Notes under the pieces: generated by a model | What the model was told of the DNA's origin: nothing | The model's input: the letters and a program-made list of their open reading frames with translations, nothing else | The model's database searches: none | Position numbers and translations under genes: made by a program | Part shown: positions 36,466 to 48,566 of the stretch, one piece after another | How positions within the stretch are numbered: the stretch's first letter is position 1 | Layout: the number at the start of each line of letters is the position of its first letter | Source of the DNA: Sphyrna mokarran | Taxonomy: Eukaryota | DNA: 64,000 nucleotides | NCBI GenBank assembly: GCA_024679065.1 | Contig: JAGIQG010000004.1 | Span: 70,680,001-70,744,000, forward strand | Direction of reading: 5' to 3'

Positions 36466-37169
36466 TCTTCTCTACAGTTGGCAGGTTTAGACATTACTGA
36501 AGGGAGAGTGAATGCAATCAGCATGAGAATTAACTTTTGAAGGGTATGAGAGGGTTTTCCTCCCACTGAATATATTAAGATTGGTGCCTACTGTAGATCT
36601 GAATGCAAATCATTTTTTTAAAAATACATCAATCGTGCATCTACTCTAACCCTCCTCATCATTTTATTTCCAAAGCTGGCAGTTTTAAAACTGAGTGAGA
36701 AAAATCCTTCGATAAAGCCAATTAAAAATTCACACCAGGGAACTTCCTTCCTTAGCTCAAGAATGGCTACAATCCATCTTGAAGGAAATCAACGAAAACA
36801 TCGGCAACTGTCCCAGAAAGTTCCTTTGAGGAAACGGAATAAACAATTTTAAATATGTGTCCCAGCAATTTATTTAGAATCACACAGCATGGAGAGTGGC
36901 TATTCGGTCCATCAGAGCTGTGGTGGCTCTTTAAAAAGGCAATCCATTATTCTCATTCGCTTGCTCTTTCTCTGGAACCCTCCGTTTATTTATTTCTCAT
37001 TTTCAAGTACAAATCTCTCTTTTTAATGCTCCTGTTGGATCTTCTTCCACTACCTTTTCCAGCAATTAATTTTAGATCTGAACAATGCGTTGCATAGAAC
37101 AAAATTTCATCATGCTTCTTATTGTTTTGTCAATTATTTTTAATTTATGTCCTTTATCAGGGAGACCCA

Positions 37170-37360
37170 ATCATAGAATCCTTACTGTGCAGAAGGAAAT
37201 CATTCAGCCCGATGGATTTGCACCAACTCTACGACAGAGCATCTTACTCAGGTCCTCTCTCTGTAATCCCACATATATACAATACTAATCTCCCAATTAC
37301 ACACCCTGGGACACTAAGGGGCAATTTAGCATGGTCAATCAACCTAATCTGCAGATCTTT
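37170..37360 (-). mobile_element. HE1-type SINE 3' part
   Basis: GGACACTAAGGGGCAATTTAGCATGGTCAATCAACCTAA with CATAGAATCC tail. Confidence 0.75.
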
Positions 37361-37419
37361 AGGTTTAATATTATCCTGTTGAGAATAGGACACCCCACTG
37401 GTGGTGTGGTAAATAGCAA

Positions 37420-38270
37420 GGAGGGCAGCTTTTGGTTATAGCACAATATAGATGAGCTGGTCAGATGGGCAGAACAGTGGCACATGGAATTTAACCCTGA
37501 AAAGTGTTAGGTCATGCACTTTGGGAGTTCTAATAATGCAAGGGGAATACACAATGGACAATAGAACGTACAAAAGACCAGAGGAACCTTGATGTGCTTT
37601 CCAAAGATTCCTGACGGTATCAGGACAGATAGATAAGTTGATTAAGAAGGCATGCAGGATACTTGTCTTTATTAACTTAGCCATAGAATGTAACAGCAGG
37701 GAGGTTATCATGGAGCTGTATAATATGTTCATTAGGCTATAGCTAGAGTTCTGTATGTAGTTCTGGTCACCACATTATAGGAAAGAAGTTAATTCACTAG
37801 AGAAGGTTCAGAGGAGGTTCACCAGAATGTTGCCTAGACTGGAACATTGCCTTTATGAAGAGAGGCTGTTTAAGATGGGATTGTTTTCCTTTAGCAGAAA
37901 AGGCTAAGGGAGAAACATACTGAGGTGTACAAAATTATAAGGGATATACATAGGGTAGATAAGAAAAAAAATCCCCTTAATTTGGGGCCAGTAACCAGGG
38001 AATGTTAATTTAAGGTAAGTGACAGGAGATTTAGAAGAGGTTTGAGGAAAATCTTTTTTCACCCAGAGAGTAATGAGTCTCTGAAATTCGGTGTCTGAAA
38101 GGATATTAGAGACAGGAACCAAGACGATATTTAAGATGCATTTTAAATGATCATTTGAAACATCACAGCATACAAGGATATGGAACAAATGCTGGAAAAT
38201 GGGATTAGAATAGGTGGGTATTTGATTGTCAGCGCAGACCTGAACAGCCCCTTGCTGCTCTGTAAAACTC
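37420..38270 (+). mobile_element. CR1 LINE 3' part, degenerate
   Basis: DIDELVRWAEQW.MEFNPEKC and FWSPHYRK-like stretches; TTTTTCACCCAGAGAGT. Confidence 0.85.
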
Positions 38271-38273
38271 TTT

Positions 38274-39253
38274 GGGCCCAATTTTGGGAGTGCTTTAGAT
38301 CTGACTTTTAGCCCGGTTCTCAGGCACCCCCCTACGCAGTTCCCCAAAAATATCAGCAATTCTGAATTGCACTTTAGAAGCCTGTAGGCAGGCTTATTGC
38401 ACCCAAAACCCTGCAGCTCTGGTTAGAATCTCCAACTGCGCATGCTCAATCGAAAAAAGCTCCCTTGCCACATCATTCCTGGGCTTGGTAATGGCTTGAT
38501 CCTGGCACCCACAGACATTGCCCCACCCACACAACATAACTGTTGCCCTTATACCCTCACCCCACCCCACTATCCAGACCAATCGCAGCTCCTACCAACC
38601 TTCCCTCGCCACCTCACCAATCGCACACAGAGTGGCAGCGGATTCCCCTCTTCTCCACTCCCCATGATCGCATACAGAGTGGCAGCAAAACCCTTCACCT
38701 CCATCTTTCACATGCAGAGTGCAAGTGGACCTCCCCTGCCCCTCCACCAGAGAGCCATCTAACATAACTCCCTCCCCCCCACCCTCCAGAGAGTCATCTG
38801 ACCCACCTCCCTCCCTCCTCCCCCAACCAGAGAGCCATCTGACTTGCCTCCCTCCCTCCCCTATCATAGAAGCATCTGATCCACCTCCCCCCCCCTTGCC
38901 TCCCCACCAACACTGATTGGAGTCAGGAGTCACCAGAAGCTCTGAACTTGCGTCCTCAGAAGCTGGAGTGCCTGAAACAGACTTTTACGGACCTTGTCTG
39001 TTTTGTGCTGAATCGCCGAATTGGACGAATGTGGTGGTAAAGGGGAAAGTGCTGTTAAGTTTGAGTGTCCAGCTCATTAAGACAATTTTTGTATTTAAAT
39101 TGACATCACGGCCAAATGGTAGCCATTTTCAGCGATTGGTAAGGGGGGAATGAGTATGGAAGCCGGTACAGATAGCGCTACTCGCCTCATGCTCAACTTT
39201 ATCAAGTTTTCATGCCTGAAAGCGGGGGGACCTTTATGTTTAAAATTGGGCCC
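38274..39253. mobile_element. ~980-bp non-autonomous TIR element (Harbinger-like)
   Basis: Perfect 12-bp TIR GGGCCCAATTTT/AAAATTGGGCCC; internal C-rich tandem subrepeats; right arm homologous to 60350-60720 in reverse. Confidence 0.8.
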
Positions 39254-41318
39254 AATGACTCAAAGTTTAATGGGTTGGTAGTGCATCCATTTTAGACGTA
39301 AGAAGAAATTGAATTGCTATGTATTCTTGTTATCTGTTTGGGTCCCCTCATGTTGGCAACAATCATACAGTAAGCTTGAAAAAGAGGGAGTCCTTAATGT
39401 TTAATATTTGCTCTGCTGCCTTGTACAAAGAAGGAAGTGGTTCAAATTGATTCTGTTCTCCATCATGACTCTAATTCAGCCCTAAACTGTATTTCCCTGA
39501 ACACTTACACAAAACAATTAGATTCCAGCTAATTAATTTCTCATTCTTTACAGATAATACAATACATATTAAGAATTTTATATCAAGTTCTACCTCTACA
39601 TCTTTTGAATTCTATACCCTTGTGCCTTTTGCTCATTAATGCAAATGATCAAGATAGTGCCAGTGGAAAATTTCTGCCTGTCTGCTCTATCAAAATGCTT
39701 CATAATTTTTAACATCTTTTAAATCTCCAGTCAATTCTCTTTGTTCCATAGAGAATAAACCAAACTTTCCTAGTCTAAAGCCTTTCGGTCCTGGGATCAT
39801 TCCAGCAAGTCTCGTCTAAATCTTCCCAAGGCCTTGACATCCTTCCTATTTTATCCTAATTTTTGTTTTGACTTTTAATAGAAATTACAGTGGTTTGGAA
39901 GTGTTTCTTTTCATCCATGTGCGCATCTTTTCCTTCTAGAATTTTCTGCATTGGATGCGCAGAGATTGATGCCAGTTTCTTTGTAGCATCTTGCAAACAT
40001 GAATTTAATCTTAAATTTCTTGAGAATAGAATTAGCAGACGCAGGAACATCAGAAACTATGCAAAATAATGAGGGTAAATGATTGGCACCAGAGGGAAAC
40101 GTAAAATATGTGAAATCTACCTCTTTGCTTTACTGATGCTATAAGAGTGAATGCTTGAAACCATCAAACCATTATTTAAGCTCATTGTTACTCATTCCGA
40201 TGCCATAATAAATATTAATATGTAAAAAAATACATTGGAGATTTTCATAAGGAGGAAGTAGAAACAAAATCCCTATTAATTTTGCAAAATAAAGACCTCT
40301 GGTGATTGTGCATAAAAATCTGGGCATAAATTTGCATCTGTTCGTAACAGGTGTAAATGCGGGAAACTCCTGTTTGGTATAAGGATAGGGAGCTGGAGAT
40401 CTTCACTAGAAGGGTAGTTATGTTAATGAGATAAATGAACTACCAGTAGATTATCTCAGAAGTGGAACAAATGATTGAACAATATGATAATGTTTTAGCT
40501 CAAATCTGCAGCAAACCAGTTATTTCCTTGGAAATAAATGGAGCAACTCTTACACCACAGTTATGAAAAAATTTCTAAGGATGTTATGACCTATGTATCA
40601 GACATTCCGTTTTTTTTTAGTCAGGTGACCAGCTTCACTGGAACTAATATTCATGCAGTATTGCATTAGAAAGGGCAAGTGCTCATTAGGATGACACTCA
40701 TTTTAAGAACTCACTATCGTCCAAGTCACAAAAATCCTTCTCAGCCGAGTAAGGAAGAGAAGTTTTTTCAGACACTGTTTTCAACTTGAGAATTCAACCA
40801 GAACTGCGTGGAGGTAAAGCTCGCTTCAACAAGATGTCAAGTAGTTGAAATGGAAAATAAAACATAGTGCTATCAAGAAGCAGCGCATGATTATCTTGGC
40901 AATGTGACATCCTCTCCACTATGGAATGGAAAATGATATAAAAGAAGCTTTTAAGGTAAACTCATGGCTGTAGGGAAGGAAGGAAGGAACAATCATTGGA
41001 GAACTGTAACCAAAGATCATTGATCATCAGGAAAAGAATGGTTGGCAGAGATGGAACTCTACTCACTTTCAGAAGATAAAGGGAGGTCAAATCATAATCA
41101 AAAGAATATTTAAGGAAGCATAAATCTATGGAAAAATATTTTTCATTAGACACATATATCTACAACCAAAAAATCAAAACAGTTTTACCATTTTGGGGTA
41201 GTTATGATCATTTACTTGAACCATGTTTGGGCATTCTACTGGTGTATCCATTGCTAAGGAAAGTCTAACAAGGATGTTTTGTTGCCAACTGTCAAGAACT
41301 CAACTCTGTTTGAAACAT

Positions 41319-41321
<3 letters not shown>

Positions 41322-41354
<33 letters not shown>
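41322..41354. repeat. (TG)n microsatellite
   Basis: Perfect dinucleotide run. Confidence 0.98.
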
Positions 41355-41356
<2 letters not shown>

Positions 41357-43352
41357 CTTCAAATCTGTTTTGAAGAATTTATTTTAGATGCTACAGACTC
41401 GTTAGTACAATAGATTTTTGATTTTATGTCTTATCTAATAAGGTGTTTCATTCAGATATTTGAGTGTGCTCTCATTATTTCTCCTAATTATGCTAATCTG
41501 AACTATTCAGTAACTTGTTAACGTTAGAAGGCCATGTTCAACAAATGGAACAGTCTGTTTTTGCCTGAAGCCTGAGTTATGTATTGAAGGATACAAGTAA
41601 ACTAAGTATTGAGTTAATGATGGTATTAACAACACTGCCGTTACCTGCATTTAGAACTTATGCTGTTTTTTTTCCACTATTGATTGCCAAGAAGTTGAAG
41701 GTTTTTTTTGTTGAATAGGGTATGGAATTTAAGTTTAAAGTGAATACATACCTTGGAAATGCTTCTATTTTCTTTCAACGATAACAGATAGTTAGTGACC
41801 CATATCGGGCTGATTTGTGAACATCTCAAATGAACCTTACTGTATTGCAATCCCAGAACAAGGATGGACCAGGTAGACAGCTCATTGGGTGATACACAAC
41901 TTGGGGCAGAACCTCGAAGTGTGGGCTTTCCATTTCACCTGAAGATAAGTCCAAATTTTATTTGAGCATGAAGGAACAAGTAAGTACAACGCCAACCAGC
42001 CCCTTCCCTCATCTTGGGAAAGTGCCAAGGTGAATTCCCGGGATATCCTAGGGATTTCACTCATTTCCTCCTCGTTAGCCACAACAAGAGATGAAGGTTG
42101 GCATCAGTTTCTTTGGTGCCTCATAAAATTCCAGCACTGCCCAGAAAATGAAATCGCATCTGGAGGGAATTGGTAACCTTCAGAAATAAACCCATTCACT
42201 TTAATAGTGCAATTTTAATTACATGTTCACCCTTGTAATGGGAATTGCCTGTTGCAAAACTGTATGCGTGTTCTCCCATCAGTTGTGGTGCTACAAACCT
42301 GCATGAGAATGAGAGTGCAATGACAACCTAATAAGTTAAAGCAATTTCCATTGTCAACAGGACACAGGAATTTTTAACGGAAACATTTAACAGGAAATGC
42401 AAAATGACATAAATTTTAATTATACTATCCAAATAATCAGGAAAGGGTGGTTGATTTTTCTTACTTGGAAAGTGCTTTGGGTATAGCACACTGTTACCAT
42501 CACTAGTCCATCTGCTATATGTAAATGATGTGACAATATGGGGTTGCTTGACATCCCTTTCTCTTAGCTGCTGCATAGGATTTGTCTCCCAAGAAGATCC
42601 CAAGGAGAGTGTTCTTTATTCCACTCGTACCTCCCTCCCTTTCTCTGCACACCCACGCACTGATACTGTGTCCCATAATTTCATCTAGAAATGGGCCAAA
42701 AAATTCCTTGAAAGGTTGTGGGGTGCACGGAGGGGGTGTGGTAGATTGTTGGAGAGACAGAGTGGACCTTCTACTCACCAGCTATGAAAGACTCTAACTC
42801 CTGGAGTACATTGTATAAAAGCAATGTTATATGAGCCCTTGTACATTGATTGTGTCCCAATTATAAAGGCAGTTAAGTGCACAGTATTATTATTTCCAAC
42901 TCAATAGCTGACATCTCTCTCCTGAAAGGAGATATCTATTTTAAGAATAAAACATCTCAACAAGATGAAAGACTTGTATAAGATAGTGGAAGGTTCTGGA
43001 TGGCTGAAGGCATTCAGCTAGTGATAAGGGATGGAGATAATAGCTTCATAGCTTCAGTCTTCCCAATGTTTAATTGGGAGACATTTCAGCTTTTCTAGGA
43101 CTGGATTCCAATGTGACAACACAAAAGCAGTGTTTGCTCAGCTATATTAAATCTTCTGGCCAGAACCAGAGTAATTGGCATTAATTGTTGGAACTCTATT
43201 GTACCAAATGACCCTTCCAAAGATTGAGAAAGAATTGTTAACTATCGATGAGACTATATTGCTTACCTTGTTAGAGTGAATCTGCTTTGATGTTTCGGCC
43301 AAACGTTTGTGTCATGAACTTTGGACTTTTAGAAACTTTGGACTTTTTATTT

Positions 43353-43426
43353 TGGTCAGCACAACATCGAAGGCCGAAGGGCCTGTTTTGTGCTGTATTG
43401 TTCTATGTTCTATGTTCTATGTTCTA
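43353..43426 (+). mobile_element. Extremely 5'-truncated young CR1 3' end
   Basis: GCACAACATCGAAGGCCGAAGGGCCTG..GTGCTGTA followed by (TTCTATG)n. A similar stub lies at ~33030-33095. Confidence 0.85.
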
Positions 43427-44139
43427 AATATTTTTACTTGTTTTTCATTTTAACTTTCTTTTCGCTCTATGCAAAAGATATCAACCTGCTTTGGGAGAGG
43501 TCAAATGAATGTTTCTTATTGGTCATTACATTCACCAGGAAGAAACAGAAATGCATGTAGAATGAAAAAGTTGATAAGGGGGAACTGAGAGCAAGTTGTT
43601 CAAGCTATTTCTCAAGAGACATTAACTGGCAGAAAGAAAGAGCATGGTCAGGATTTTCCGCTCCTGTTTTCATCAGGCAGGTTTGATGATGGGAACAGAA
43701 AATTTCTCGTGATGTCCAAATCGTGTTTCACGCTGATGTAAAAGCATGCCATAAAAGAATTGTTCTTTCCCCCTACTTATGATATACCGCATTTGCCAAT
43801 ATTCAATATTGGGAATACCATTTCTATACATTAACATATAATTATCAGGCCTCTAAACCTTAATCATAGCTCCCACAAACAAGTCCATCAATGTCAACAT
43901 GAGGGTAGACTTGTATGAAACTTTACTGCTCTCCCATCTGGTGAACAGGCCTCCCAGAGGAGCTCAGGTGAGTGTGTTTCTCAGTGGGTAAAGGGTCATG
44001 CCTGGATATTGCCCTGCCAGTGTGACATTGCAGGACCGACCCCTTGAATTTTCCAAGCTTATGTTCCCAATGATACAATGGAAAAAGCAGCCATTTGTGC
44101 CAATAACTTCAACACGGCTTTATCCACTGATATATTAGC

Positions 44140-44640
44140 CTTATGCATTTATATAGCATCTGTCCTTAGTACAACCCAAAACATTTTACTTCAATTAAAT
44201 CTTTTGGAAGTGTATATGTGTTCCTGTGATTTTTGTTCAAAGTGACTCACGCTGGCCAAAGTTTAAAGGGAGCTAAGGAATAGCTTAATGATAAGTCAGC
44301 ACTTATCTAAGTTAATGCAGCCAAATTTCACACAGCAAGATCCCATAAACTGCAATGTGAAAATGAACATAAAACATTTGGTTTTCAATTATGCTAGTTT
44401 TGGAAACAGCCTGGTCAGGGCATCTGGAAGAACCATCTGCTTCCCTTCTGAATAGTGCCTGTGAGAGTAGATATCTCAGTCTAACATCACACTAAAAAGA
44501 TGGTAGTCGGACAGTGCAGAACTTCCTCAGTATTGCACTGAACGTGAACCCAGATAATGTGCTCAAATCCTTGCTTAGAGATTGGAATGCAGCCTTTGCA
44601 CTCACAGATGAGAATGTAATGCATTAACATAGCTGACACG
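44140..44640 (-). mobile_element. Deu-domain SINE (SacSINE1-like), near full length, carrying a templated insertion
   Basis: GCATTTATATAGC..GAAGTGTA [insert] GCAGCCAAATT..CACAGCAAGATCCCA..GACAGTGCAG.ACT.CCTCAGTA.TGCACTG. Confidence 0.75.
44211..44321 (+). repeat. 111-bp direct copy of 44956-45066
   Basis: 107/111 identity by direct reading. Confidence 0.95.
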
Positions 44641-44664
44641 GGGATTCAATGCTCAGGTTGCTGC

Positions 44665-44935
44665 AGGTAGTTAGCACTGCTGTCTCACAGCGCCAGGGAC
44701 CAGGATCAATTCCTGGCTTGGGTCACTGTGTGTGCACAGACTGCATGTTCTCCCCGGCTTTCTTCCGGGTTCTCCTGTTTCCTTCCGCAATCCCAAAAAA
44801 TATGCCCGTTAGGCGGATTGACGATGCTAAATTCTCCCTCAGTGTACCCAAACAGTATGGTGACTAGGGGATTTTCACAGTAACTTCATTGCAGTATTAA
44901 TGTAAGCCTACTTGTGACTAATAAATAAACTTTAA
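44665..44935 (+). mobile_element. tRNA-derived SINE, same family as 17155-17430
   Basis: GTTAGCACTGCTGTCTCACAGCGCCAGGGACC..TCAATTCC; tail GTAAGCCTACTTGTGACTAATAAATAAAC. Confidence 0.88.
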
Positions 44936-45153
44936 ACTTTAAGGTAGTGATTGGCTGTACATGTGTTCCTGTGATTTTTATTCAAAGTGACCCACGCTGG
45001 TCAAAGTTTAAAGGGAGCTAAGGAATAGCTTAATGATAAGTCAGCACTTATCTAAGTTAATGCAGCAAATGCTGCTGAAGTATGGTCAGTTAACCATTTT
45101 CCTGTTTCCAACTCATTTCAGAGATCTTTATATACTAGGATTTCCAAAATCAG

Positions 45154-46038
45154 TGGTCCAGAATTTGCTGCCGGCATGATCGAAAATTTAATAGCGTACA
45201 ACATGATTAATATGTAAATAACTCAACAATTTGTGGGTAGAAAATGATATACCCCTTGAATTGTAAATTGCAACAGATTACTGGCCGATTTGCATAGCTC
45301 TTGGTAACCATGCGAAAAATAACCTCATCAGTGTAATGTTGTATTTGTACATTAGTTACTGCAATTGTATATTAATTACTGCAGTTCTATATTATTTTTG
45401 CATTTGTACATTAATTACTGCAGATGTCCATTAATTGCTACAGATGTATATTAATTGCTGCACTTCTATGTTTATTGCTGCATTTGTATATTTAATGCAG
45501 TTGTACATTAATTGCTGCAAATGTCCATTAATTACTGTATTTGTATACTAATCACTGTATTTGTATATTAATTACTACAGTTGCACGTTAATTGCTACAT
45601 TTGTATATTCATTAGTGCAGTTGTACATTAACTGCCCAGTAACATTTCTCCAATAAATTAAGATTAGTCATTAACAGCATAACTACCTTTTAAACAATGG
45701 GATTTATATTCCAGAAAAATCAATTCACCTCTCCAGCTCAGGAAGCGAATAATTTAAACTGTGGAGTTTCATTCCAACATCTGGTAAACTATTGGCACAG
45801 ATTTTTAAATATAAATGTAAAAAATTTACCTTTTCTGTCTCCTTTTTTCTCTCTTAATCCAGTTTTACGTCCTTCTATTTCTTTCTTTATGCACTTGATT
45901 TGACTCTTATTTAGATTATTTATACCATTCATTATGGTCCCAGATGTCTTGTTATCCATGTCGCACTGCTGATCAATTCACGCTTCCAAATTATAGCACA
46001 TTTTCAAGCTGAATGGTGAAGATGCAAATTCTGGGCCA
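45154..46038. mobile_element. AT-rich non-autonomous TIR element
   Basis: TIR TGGTCCAGAATTTGC / GCAAATTCTGGGCCA (1 mismatch); flanks CAG/CAA. Related decayed pieces appear at ~3560-3960 and ~20420-20880. Confidence 0.65.
45341..45633. repeat. 20-bp minisatellite, ~15 units (GCAGTTGTACATTAATTACT-like)
   Basis: Contiguous degenerate tandem units with no spacers. Confidence 0.92.
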
Positions 46039-47398
46039 CAAGATTTAGCTGTTTCAAATGAGAAAAAATCTGACTCGCGAATTTTAGATAGAATCCCCCT
46101 TTTTGGAGCAAAATAAAGAAGTCAATCACAATTGCACCCAATTTGCACTCTGTGTAAGTGAATGAGTTTTAAACAAATTAAAGATGTTACTTCACTTATA
46201 AGCAAAGGTTGGAAATGAGTGCTTTCCTGAGAAGAGAAAGTGGTTTCAAGATGATAAGAGGTTTTGGTACAGCAGAGGGAGAAAAATGATTTCCTCTGGC
46301 GAGATGTCAGAAATTTAAAAGAATTGGTTAAGAGGCAAGTTGAAAAGAATTTTTTTTCATTAGAGTTTTCAGGTTTTGGATTCTTTCCATAAATCTGGTG
46401 AAATCTGGGAGGGCAAGTGCGGGCAGGGAGGAGGAGGGCTGCTGGGGCAGTAGGGGGGGAATTCTCGGACTAGTCACACCAGCAGGATTCTCCTGTCCCA
46501 CTGCAATGAACAGACTTTGGCTGTGCACCAAATTCTTTGTCCTCTCTGGTATGTCAATGGCTGGAGAATTCTGGCCCTGATTCCATAATTTTTATTTAAG
46601 GAGAGTTGGATGGGTGTTTGAGCGCGAGGAACTTGTGGGGCTATGGACAAAATAATGTAGCTCAATTGCTCTTTCAAAGAACAACCAGAGGTCCGATGGG
46701 CCAAATAGTTTTCTCCTATGCTTATATGATTATCATTGTTTTTGGCAACATTGGTAAATTTCCCTCTGCTTTTCCACACAGGGCCATCCTCTCAATTATG
46801 ATATGAGTGTGTAGGGCAATGTGGAGCAGGAGAATCCCACCATTCCCTGATAATGAGCTAAACTGGATTTTTAAGTCGATGGCATTGTAAGAACATTTTC
46901 TGACAGGAGAAAGCCTATTCATTAAAATATGCATTTCTTTAGCAGTGAATGAGATTCAAAAACTACCCAACCGAGATGTGAAATTGGGCTGAGTAGTCCA
47001 GTAATTCTTCCCTGGGACAAAGGCTTAGGAAAGGCCAATGAGACTTTGATGATTGCTTCTTCTCCAGAACATGAGCAGGACATTGGAAAAGGAATGATAT
47101 CCAAAGTTCTTCGTGCCAGATTCTGTGTTCTCGGGTGAGTTATTCTCCCGAGGAATGTCAATAACTGGAAAGCTTTTCAGGTTCTCACCATTTGTTTGGA
47201 AAGTGTACTGCAATTATAGCACCAGATAAATGACTGTTCCATGAGTAAAATTACTCAAGAGACACCTGAGAACCATAGAGAAGGATAATGATGGCAATAA
47301 TGTTAAAGATGCTGGAAGGGCATCTGATGCCAGTGAGGGAGCTGGACTGATTGTACACTGAAATGCATCAATTCCAGTAATTTGGAATAATTTAGAAT

Positions 47399-47581
47399 AT
47401 AGAACATAGTAAAACTACTGCACAAACAGGCCATTTGGCCCATAAGTTGTGCCAAACATATCTCTACCTGCTAGCCTTACCTATAACCCTCAATCCTACT
47501 AAGTCCTATGTACTCATCCAGAAATCTCTTAAAAGACCCTATCGAATCCATTCCTACCATCACCGCCAGCAGCCAATTCTG
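47399..47581 (-). mobile_element. CR1 3' fragment, same subfamily as 48567-50761
   Basis: GCACAAACAGGCC.TT.GGCCCA.AAGTTGTGCC; probable 9-bp TSD ATTTAGAAT (47390-47398, 47582-47590). Confidence 0.85.
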
Positions 47582-48086
47582 ATTTAGAATGGACACTTGC
47601 ATGTAAAATGTTTCATTGAAAGAATAATATTGCACAAATAATATTAGTAAAAACCATCTAACAATGAGTAACAGATTTTACCAATATCATTTCATCCAAA
47701 TGATTTAAATGGTTTAAATGGGCTGATAATCAGCTCAGAATACCTTCTACGATTTCCCACTATTCGCCAAATAGAAAAATATTGTGTGTGTAAAGCTATG
47801 CTTAAAAACATTAACAAGGATGACCCTTACTTGTCAAATTGTAACAATGATAAAACATCACTTATAGTTCATGAGAAACATCCACCAAGATGGAGGCAAT
47901 AGGCATAATCTGTCTTTGATTATGCTGAATTATTGTGTTAGAGGGAAAAACTATTGATTCTTTATCTACTTTAATCTTCCTTCCTACCACAATTTACAGT
48001 CAATTTAAGCCAATGTGTGGTTTCATCAACTTGTTTGTCCAAAGGTGTGCACGTTAGGTGGATTTGCTGTGCTAAATATTCCAGTA

Positions 48087-48213
48087 GGGTGGAATTTTTC
48101 TGTCCCACCCACCACTAGAATCGTAATAGGCAGGACACAGAACGTGGAAAGGTCTATTGATGTATGGTGGGATTTTCCAGCCACATTCATCCCAAGGCTG
48201 GAAAATCCCACAT
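48087..48213. mobile_element. Short MITE, family of 3975-4100
   Basis: GGGTGGAATTTT..GGAAAATCCCAC termini; internal similarity. Confidence 0.6.
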
Positions 48214-48566
48214 TTAGTATTTCCAGAGGTGTTCGTTAGATGGAGTAACCATGGAAAATTTGTGGGGGTGCAGTGGAGGAGAGGGCCTGGTTAAAACACT
48301 CTGTCAGAGAATTGGTGCAGACATGATGGGCTAAATGACCTCTTTCTGTATTGTGGGGATTCTATAACCTTCCTTGTCATTTCCTTGGTGGTTCACTCTG
48401 GCCCATTCAGTCTGCACCTTTTTTTCTCAATGAATTATAAAGATAAAAGACTAGCCATTGATTAGCTTGGTCAGGCACAGTTTGGAATCTGGTCTACTTT
48501 ATTAACTGCATTTTTAATATCTCCTGCTTATTTGAAAACTTAAATTCTTCAATTCCATCATTCTCA

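Noticed and set aside
38394-39153. Pro-rich and Gly-rich ORFs (also 60700-61097)
   Set aside because: They arise from C/G-rich subrepeats inside non-autonomous TIR elements, with no transposase motifs.
41856-41985. Possible exon before a GTAAGT donor
   Set aside because: All three frames from the nearest plausible acceptor contain stops.
45341-45633. Possible CRISPR-like array
   Set aside because: Units are contiguous and degenerate with no unique spacers, there are no cas genes, and the context is vertebrate.
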